Shown here: one piece after another, positions 57,900 through 64,000 of the stretch
Position numbering within the stretch: position 1 is the stretch's first letter
Layout of the letters: each line of letters opens with the position of its first letter
Assembly: GCA_016934215.1 (NCBI GenBank)
Contig: JAFGTE010000028.1
Coordinates: 2,672-66,671, forward strand
Source of the DNA: Candidatus Peregrinibacteria bacterium
GTDB lineage: Bacteria; Patescibacteriota; Gracilibacteria; UM-FILTER-43-11
Direction of reading: 5' to 3'
DNA length: 64,000 nt
Made by a program: the position numbers and the translations under genes
Notes under the pieces: generated by a model
The model's input: the letters and a program-made list of their open reading frames with translations, nothing else
The model's database searches: none
Told to the model about the DNA's origin: nothing

Positions 57900-60758
57900 T
57901 TAAAGTTCTGCCCGATCACAAATCCCATTATACGGACAGAATTTGCAAACAAAAGGTGAAGGCGCGGGAACAAAATCGGACTCATTGATCTGATCAGCTG
58001 TCTTGGTGATTTCTTCTTTTATTTTATCCAGCTTTTCTGTATCTGGTTCAGTCGAAACTTTCAGATCATCATCCAGAAAATATAAAGTCAGTTTGCTGGC
58101 GGGCTGAGCAAAGCATTCTTTGGTAGCCAGGGCGTAGATCATCAGCTGTTTGTCTTTATCAACGTCTTTCTGGCTTTTGGACTTGCCTGATTTATAATCG
58201 ATCACCTCAAGCGTGCCGTCAGGTAGTTTATCGGCCCGGTCAATTCGGCCGGTAATCGTGTACTTGCCGACTTTCAGTTTGAAACCTTTTTCAAGGAACT
58301 CGATTTTCGGCACTTCTTCCTTAAAGTGTTCATAAAACTTTTCAAGGATTTCCTTTCCGCGTTTTTTCAGGGTTTCCATATGGGCTTTTGAATCAAAACC
58401 GACAGGAATCCATTTGTCTTCGTAAATAGAAAGAAGACGATCAAGCGACAGGTCTTCTTTGTAATCTTCAAAAAGCGAGGCCTGTTTACTCTGAGTGACA
58501 AGTTTATAGAATTCATTCAGGGTATTGTGCAGGCTGGAACCAAAAGAGGTAGCACCGGTCAGGGGCTGAGGGATTTTCAGAATATATTCATACTCATATT
58601 GACGGGGGCAGGTCTCAAAACTCTGAAGGGCAGAATAACTGAAACGGGTAATCGGTTCACGTGCTTTGATTTCCGCAGAAAGCGGGAGGTCAGCTGTTTT
58701 TGGCTTCAAAAAGCGCTCCACACCTTCAGCCGTTTTCTCGATTTGAGTAGGAATCTGGTCAGCGATTTCCTGTACAAACACACTTGGTTTCTTGGACCTC
58801 GGATTCTGGGCGTTTGAAGCAGAATAAAAGTCACTGTACAAAAGGTGCAGGCTGTTTTTGGCACGGGTCATGGCCACGTAAAACAGCCGGCGTTCTTCTT
58901 CGATATGAAAATCTCCCTCCGTCAGGATTTCAGAGATCAGTTCAGCGGGTACTTCGATAGGGTCTTTGCGATTATCGGACGGGAAGCGTCGGGAAGCCAG
59001 GCTGGGCAGGAACACCGTATCAAATTCAAGGCCCTTGGCACCGTGAACGGTCGAAATCTGAACGCCATCGATGCCTCCGATATCAAATTTAGCGGCCGGA
59101 TTCTCCCCTGCCTCCTCCGACAGGTTCAGATACTCCACAAAATCGATCACGGTTGTTGCCTCGCTTTCCCGTTCAAACTGGTTGATACGCCCGAAAAAAG
59201 ACGCAATATTGACGATCTGTTCCTCTGCTTCAATACTGTCTTTAGCAAGCAACTTCTCATAGAGCTTTGTTTGTTCGGTAAACTTAAACAAAACCTCGCC
59301 AGCCGTATGATCTTTGGAATATTCGATCAGTTCTTTTAGGGCATCGGTTAGTTTAGCAGTTTCAGAGCGGTTTTGAACGACGGACCAAAGCGGCTGATAT
59401 TTCTTCTTGGCCTCAGCGATCAAATCCACGATGGTCTGCATTTTAAGTCCCCAGCAGTCCATGCGAAGCACCCGGAAAAAAGGAATATCCTCGGTCGGAT
59501 TAGCGATGACACGGAGTAGGCTGATCAGTTCTTTGACTTCGTCTTTATTATAAAGACCGCGTTCGGAAAGAAACTGATAAGGAATATTTTCCTTTCTCAG
59601 CGCATCGATAAACGGTTTGGCGTAATTGTTAGCCCGTACCAGAATGGCGATTACAGAAAGCGGGCACTTGACCAGCTTGATTTCCTCCAGCACATAAGCC
59701 ACTTCCTGATCGACGGTAGAACAGTGGACCAGCTTCACGCTCTCATCATCCCCCTCAAACTGAGCCTTAAGCTGTTTGTTTACGTTAGCCTTCACTTCCA
59801 GCCGGTCAGGATTGTTGTTCTGCACGGAGGTATAAGCTATATCCAGTATGCGCTGAGCACTGCGATAGTTCTCCGTAAGAACCACCTTCTTCAGCTCCGG
59901 ATATTTCTCTTCGAATTGCAGAATATTCGAAATAGCCGCCCCGCGAAATTTGTAGATCGACTGGTCATCGTCCCCCACCACCATCAGGTTCTTATGCTCA
60001 CCCGCCAGCAGATCTACAATACGGTTCTGGGCAATATTCGTGTCCTGATATTCGTCGACCAATATATAAAGGTACTTCTGCTGGAGGTATTTGAGGATGT
60101 TCGGCCGTTTGGTCAGCAGTTCAATCACCTTGAATTGTAAATCTGAAAAATCCAGTGCATCATGCTGGGCCATCAGTTTCTGGTACTGGGCATAAACACA
60201 CGCCAGTTCTTCAAGCTTCTTAGCTTCCAGTTTCTCTTCTTCGGACTTTGCTTCGAGGGTTTTCCGGTTCGCGTAGGCCTGGAAATCCGCCACCCCGATC
60301 ACTTCTTCCTTAATACGGCCAAAAAAGGCCACTAGCGAATCGATAAACTTGGTCGGATTCCCCGAAGGCCGGTAATAATCCAGTTCAAAATCAAACAGGT
60401 GGTCTTTGAGTAGCTTCCAGCGCGCCACCCCCTCCAGGATCTTAAAGCTTGGGGAAAGGCCGATATCGATACCGTACTGCCTTAAGATCTTCTCGCAGAA
60501 AGAATGGAAGGTGGAAACCTGAATCGCCTCATAACCAATGGGCATCCGTTCATCTAACCTGCCTTCCATCTCTGCCGCCGCCTTTTCGGTAAAAGTAAGA
60601 GCTAAAATATTACCTGGCTCACACCATTTCTGCTCTAAAATATGGGCAATCCGTTCGGTGATCACACGGGTTTTCCCGGTCCCCGCCCCTGCTATCACAA
60701 GTATGGGGCCCCTATTGTGTCCTACGGCCTGTTTTTGTTCTCTGTTCAGTTGTATCAC
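57900..60758 (-). CDS. UvrD/PcrA-type helicase fused to a C-terminal PD-(D/E)XK (Cas4/AddB-like, Cys-cluster) nuclease
   Basis: Walker A AGAGTGKT, DEYQDT, later helicase motifs (TVHGAKGLEFD, YVAMTRA). C-terminus: CPRQYEY...IDRAD...VIDYKSGK...QLMIYA...CKFCPYNGIC. Confidence 0.9.
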   Translation of the reverse strand: MIQLNREQKQAVGHNRGPILVIAGAGTGKTRVITERIAHILEQKWCEPGNILALTFTEKAAAEMEGRLDERMPIGYEAIQVSTFHSFCEKILRQYGIDIGLSPSFKILEGVARWKLLKDHLFDFELDYYRPSGNPTKFIDSLVAFFGRIKEEVIGVADFQAYANRKTLEAKSEEEKLEAKKLEELACVYAQYQKLMAQHDALDFSDLQFKVIELLTKRPNILKYLQQKYLYILVDEYQDTNIAQNRIVDLLAGEHKNLMVVGDDDQSIYKFRGAAISNILQFEEKYPELKKVVLTENYRSAQRILDIAYTSVQNNNPDRLEVKANVNKQLKAQFEGDDESVKLVHCSTVDQEVAYVLEEIKLVKCPLSVIAILVRANNYAKPFIDALRKENIPYQFLSERGLYNKDEVKELISLLRVIANPTEDIPFFRVLRMDCWGLKMQTIVDLIAEAKKKYQPLWSVVQNRSETAKLTDALKELIEYSKDHTAGEVLFKFTEQTKLYEKLLAKDSIEAEEQIVNIASFFGRINQFERESEATTVIDFVEYLNLSEEAGENPAAKFDIGGIDGVQISTVHGAKGLEFDTVFLPSLASRRFPSDNRKDPIEVPAELISEILTEGDFHIEEERRLFYVAMTRAKNSLHLLYSDFYSASNAQNPRSKKPSVFVQEIADQIPTQIEKTAEGVERFLKPKTADLPLSAEIKAREPITRFSYSALQSFETCPRQYEYEYILKIPQPLTGATSFGSSLHNTLNEFYKLVTQSKQASLFEDYKEDLSLDRLLSIYEDKWIPVGFDSKAHMETLKKRGKEILEKFYEHFKEEVPKIEFLEKGFKLKVGKYTITGRIDRADKLPDGTLEVIDYKSGKSKSQKDVDKDKQLMIYALATKECFAQPASKLTLYFLDDDLKVSTEPDTEKLDKIKEEITKTADQINESDFVPAPSPFVCKFCPYNGICDRAEL

Positions 60759-60782
60759 GAAGCAATGATACTAGCTGAAAAA

Positions 60783-62111
60783 CTATTTGTCCTCCTTTTC
60801 TTCTTTCTTCTGAGTCGTCTTTTTGGCGGTAGCTTTCTTGGCAACAGCTTTCTTTTTAGGCTTTTCTTCGGCCGCTTTTTCAGTCGCTACTTCCTCTGCA
60901 GGAGCTTCTCCTTTCTCTTCTTTTTTCTTAGCAGCAGCTTTTTTCTTAGGCTTTTCCTCCTTTATTTCTTCTTCTACAGGTTCTTCAGCCGGAATCTCTT
61001 CCTTTGTTTTTTTAGCCACTTTGCTCTTGGTACCTTTCAGAGAAAGACCAATGCGGTGTTCATCGCGGTCGATATTGATGACTTCAGCCTGCACCTCCTG
61101 ACCGACATCCAGAAAATCAGCAGGATCCTCCACCTTGTTATCAGAAATCTCAGATAGGTGAATCAGACCATTGATATCGTCTTCTAACTGCACAAAGGCA
61201 CCAAACGGAGAAAAGCGGTTGATGGTTCCTTTGACTTTAGAACCAATAGGATACTTTTCTTCAATCACCGTCCATGGATCCGGAATCAGACGCTTCATCG
61301 AAAGGGATAATTTATCGTTCTCAATACCAATGATTTCTACGTCCACTGCATCGCCCACTTTGGCGTACTGGTGAGGATTGGAAACATGCCCCCAGGCGAT
61401 TTCGGAGATGTGCACAAGGCCTTCCAGACCGTCAAAAGTAACAAATATTCCGAATTTAACAACACCGCTTACCTTACCGGTCACACGGTCACCCACCTTA
61501 AGTTCGCCCAAGGAAGCCTTTGCCTTCCCTTGCTGTGCAGCTCGTTCCGAAAGAATCATTTTTCCGCTGCTTCGGTCCAGGTTAATGATCTTCACACTGA
61601 GCTTCATACCAACCAGTTTCTGCAGTCTGGAAAGAATCTGGGCACTGTTGGCATCTTCGACCCGGGGATAATGAGCCGGTGCCAGCTGGGAAACCGGAAT
61701 AAAGCCTTTAATTCCATCCACATCGATAAGCAACCCGCCTTTATTGGCTTCCGAAATCTGAACTTCAATCACGTCCCCATTCTTGTAAGCCTTATCAAAC
61801 TTATCCCAGGTCGTCGCCTGTGAAGCCCGCTTGAGTGAAAGAACCACCATACCGTCTTCATTCTCTTCTTCAATGACAACCGTCTTAACCTCGTCTCCTT
61901 CTTTAAGATCTTTAATAGTATCATTACTGTCATGGGTTTCACGCCCGCTGGAAATCCCCACCGCCACACCATTCAGGTCCACGACCAGGCGATTCTTTGA
62001 AATACTGACTACCTTACCGGTAATCACAGCTCCCAATTTGGGTTTTTCGAACTCTGCAGATGATTCCAGCAGATCGTCCATTGAAATATTGTCGTCTGTA
62101 ATTTTGTACAT
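60783..62111 (-). CDS. rpsA: 30S ribosomal protein S1 (four S1 domains) with Lys/Glu-rich tail
   Basis: Repeated S1 OB-fold units (G..V.G.V......G..V......G..H.S) and an ~85 aa KKxxEE-rich C-terminal tail. Confidence 0.88.
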   Translation of the reverse strand: MYKITDDNISMDDLLESSAEFEKPKLGAVITGKVVSISKNRLVVDLNGVAVGISSGRETHDSNDTIKDLKEGDEVKTVVIEEENEDGMVVLSLKRASQATTWDKFDKAYKNGDVIEVQISEANKGGLLIDVDGIKGFIPVSQLAPAHYPRVEDANSAQILSRLQKLVGMKLSVKIINLDRSSGKMILSERAAQQGKAKASLGELKVGDRVTGKVSGVVKFGIFVTFDGLEGLVHISEIAWGHVSNPHQYAKVGDAVDVEIIGIENDKLSLSMKRLIPDPWTVIEEKYPIGSKVKGTINRFSPFGAFVQLEDDINGLIHLSEISDNKVEDPADFLDVGQEVQAEVINIDRDEHRIGLSLKGTKSKVAKKTKEEIPAEEPVEEEIKEEKPKKKAAAKKKEEKGEAPAEEVATEKAAEEKPKKKAVAKKATAKKTTQKKEEKEDK

Positions 62112-62280
62112 ATGAAAAAATTTAGCAGTTGATTAGTTGTAATGAGCAATATCGTGATTCCCCTGCAAAAGGAACCGCTCAATTGCGCATTTATTTTAGT
62201 GACTCTTCCGGAAATGTCAAATGTTATTTACAACTCCATTAATTCATGGATAATAATTCACCAGCCTAAGTTTTAACAAC

Positions 62281-62667
62281 ATGCTCAAAAAATCCTCCGA
62301 ATCGCCGCAAATAAGCAGAAGAACTATGATTCTTTGCCTTCTTGCTTCAGGGCTTGTTACGTCAGGGTTTCAAAATCCACCCCCAACACAAGAGGTCCAA
62401 GAAAACCGAACGGAAAGAAGATATCCGTTTGCGATGGATGATTACAATATGGATGTTATTGATCATATAACCGATGCCAGTAATCGGATTGGCAGCCGGG
62501 CAAAAATTGAACGGGTATTTTCTATTCTGAAAAGCAAAAATCACTCCCAAAAAGAATGGTGGTATCAAAAACTGGCTGCAGCTGACCGCAGGCGGCTGAC
62601 CGCAGAAGAAAAAAACCGTATCCTCAATATGCTGGACATGACGCTGGAATATATGGTTGAAACTTAA
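62281..62667 (+). CDS. hypothetical secreted or anchored protein
   Basis: 128 aa ORF with a hydrophobic N-terminal segment. Confidence 0.5.
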   Translation: MLKKSSESPQISRRTMILCLLASGLVTSGFQNPPPTQEVQENRTERRYPFAMDDYNMDVIDHITDASNRIGSRAKIERVFSILKSKNHSQKEWWYQKLAAADRRRLTAEEKNRILNMLDMTLEYMVET

Positions 62668-62674
62668 AGCGATT

Positions 62675-63751
62675 TCATGTCACCGCCCCTTCAGAAACTT
62701 TGTAAACCTGGGTATTTTTGGTCAATCCTTCAATGAACTCTTTATGCGTTGTTGTAATAAAAGTCTGACTCTTTCCGGTAGTCTGAAAGAGATATTTTTG
62801 TCTGTCTGCATCAAGCTCCGAAAATACATCATCCAGAAGCAAAACCGGATCATCCCCGGTCCGTATTTTAATAAGATCAATTTCCGCAAATTTAAGGGCT
62901 AAAACAAGGCTCCTCCATTCTCCACGTGACGCAAAATCCGTCATATCCCGTCCGTTCAGCATGAATTTAAGATCATCACGATGCGGTCCAAGTTTAGTCT
63001 GACAGATGGCCAAATCACGACGGTGATTTTTTTTGTAAAGTTCACGCAATTCCTTTGGCTTTACGCCACGCACTTCTGACTCATAAACAATGCGAATCTC
63101 TGAATCCGAATTGGAAATCTCTTTATAGTGCCTGCTGACAAGTTTTTGCAGTTCATCAATAAGCCCACCCCGGATATCAGTAATAAAGGAACCTAATTGG
63201 GCCAGTTTCTCATCCCAGAAGTCTAATTCATCCATTTCTCCATTTCCATCGGCAATCGCCTTTAAAAGCGAATTACGTTGCCTGATGGCTTCATTATATT
63301 CCATCAGGTGACTCAAATAATCAGCATTAAGCTGAGAAAGCACAACATCCAGATACCTTCGGCGCAACTTGGGAGAATAGGACATATAAGCAAGATCATC
63401 GGGAGAAAAGAAGACCGATTTTAAGTTACCGATAAAATCAGATGCCGACTTTTTAACGCCATTTATTTTCAGAACCTTCTGAACCGGTTTGGCAGTTACC
63501 ACCACCTCAAGTGTCTCCCCGTCAGCATCCACCCTCACACTGGAAAAATCCTCATCAAAACCCACTAAATCCGCACTGGTACGGGTCCGGAACGATTTTG
63601 AGAGGGAACAAAGATAAATGGCCTCCAAAATATTCGTTTTCCCTTGGCCATTGGCTCCCACAAAGGCATGAATGGGCACCCCATCATCAAATTTTAGATC
63701 GATTCCCTTCAAATTCCGAAAACCTTTGATTTTGATGTTCTGGATCCGCAT
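62675..63751 (-). CDS. recF: DNA replication and repair protein RecF
   Basis: Walker A GANGQGKTNILEAI, ABC signature region and Walker B LLLDDVFSELD. 358 aa. Confidence 0.95.
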   Translation of the reverse strand: MRIQNIKIKGFRNLKGIDLKFDDGVPIHAFVGANGQGKTNILEAIYLCSLSKSFRTRTSADLVGFDEDFSSVRVDADGETLEVVVTAKPVQKVLKINGVKKSASDFIGNLKSVFFSPDDLAYMSYSPKLRRRYLDVVLSQLNADYLSHLMEYNEAIRQRNSLLKAIADGNGEMDELDFWDEKLAQLGSFITDIRGGLIDELQKLVSRHYKEISNSDSEIRIVYESEVRGVKPKELRELYKKNHRRDLAICQTKLGPHRDDLKFMLNGRDMTDFASRGEWRSLVLALKFAEIDLIKIRTGDDPVLLLDDVFSELDADRQKYLFQTTGKSQTFITTTHKEFIEGLTKNTQVYKVSEGAVT

Positions 63752-63800
63752 AGACAGTTGATTTTTTCGCTAATCTTTGCTATAATTATAAGATTTTCTA

Positions 63801-64000
63801 ATGCAAGAAGCAAAACAAATGCCAAAAAGAAAAATCGAATTCAGGAGACATCAAATTAGCAGACGAAAAAAAGCTGTCAAGCCAGGCTTCTTAAGAATAA
63901 TTAAACACTGGATTCATGAATATGATCACATTTTCAGACATGCCGCTCTGATCCTATTTATCATTCTGGCCACTGTTTCCGTTTACTACTACCAGCAGAC
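63801..64000 (+). CDS. hypothetical membrane protein, N-terminal fragment (runs off window)
   Basis: ATG 63801: MQEAKQMPKRKIEFRRHQISRRKKAVKPGFLRIIKHWIHEYDHIFRHAALILFIILATVSVYYYQQ. A basic N-terminus then a TM helix. Open to the window end. Confidence 0.35.
   Translation, partial: MQEAKQMPKRKIEFRRHQISRRKKAVKPGFLRIIKHWIHEYDHIFRHAALILFIILATVSVYYYQQ

Noticed and set aside
60783-61050. Lys/Glu/Ala-rich repetitive 3' region of rpsA, with overlapping plus-strand ORFs at 60642..61157 and 60823..61101.
   Set aside because: It is the low-complexity basic/acidic tail of S1. The plus-strand ORFs are Phe/Ser/Leu-rich antisense artefacts.

Overview
Gene-dense 64 kb chromosomal segment from an AT-leaning, small-genome bacterium. 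Many small acidic orphan proteins, a tandem array of TrbC/VirB2-like pilin paralogs, tiny intergenic gaps and frequent 1-8 nt gene overlaps suggest a Candidate Phyla Radiation/Patescibacteria-type organism. That assignment is inference only; no phylogeny is possible here. All calls come from reading the sequence and ORF translations by eye, with no searches run.

Content is mostly housekeeping:
- Pyrimidine, purine and C1 metabolism: pyrB (plus a pyrC fragment), dut, purA, glyA, 5-formyl-THF cyclo-ligase.
- Translation: obg, pth, smpB, der, rpsU, rpsA, metG and the secE-nusG-rplK-rplA cluster.
- Replication and repair: recR, recF, ruvC, rmuC, dnaX, ybaB and a UvrD-type helicase fused to a Cas4-like nuclease.
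- Secretion and envelope: secA, PBP2, mltG, VanW, a phosphohexomutase, a tandem-fused Ddl-Ddl ligase, sortase, S41 protease, a DsbA-like protein and LemA/TPM.
- Two tRNAs, Gln-TTG and Gly-TCC.

No rRNA, CRISPR array, transposase or integrase was seen.

Items most worth a second look:
1. An unclassified GC-rich structured RNA of about 310 nt with a consensus promoter, lying between the phosphohexomutase gene and the fused ddl.
2. A tRNA-Gly locus with two decayed tRNA-like copies and a GIY-YIG nuclease ORF wedged between them, its stop codon inside the intact tRNA.
3. Mirror-oriented paralogous pairs of small acidic ORFs bracketing that locus.
4. Five tandem pilin-like paralogs.
5. An A8 tract in dnaX at the domain III/IV boundary, with immediate stops in both alternative frames.
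6. A GC-rich two-gene islet.
7. An RHH-like gene with twin palindromic operators.
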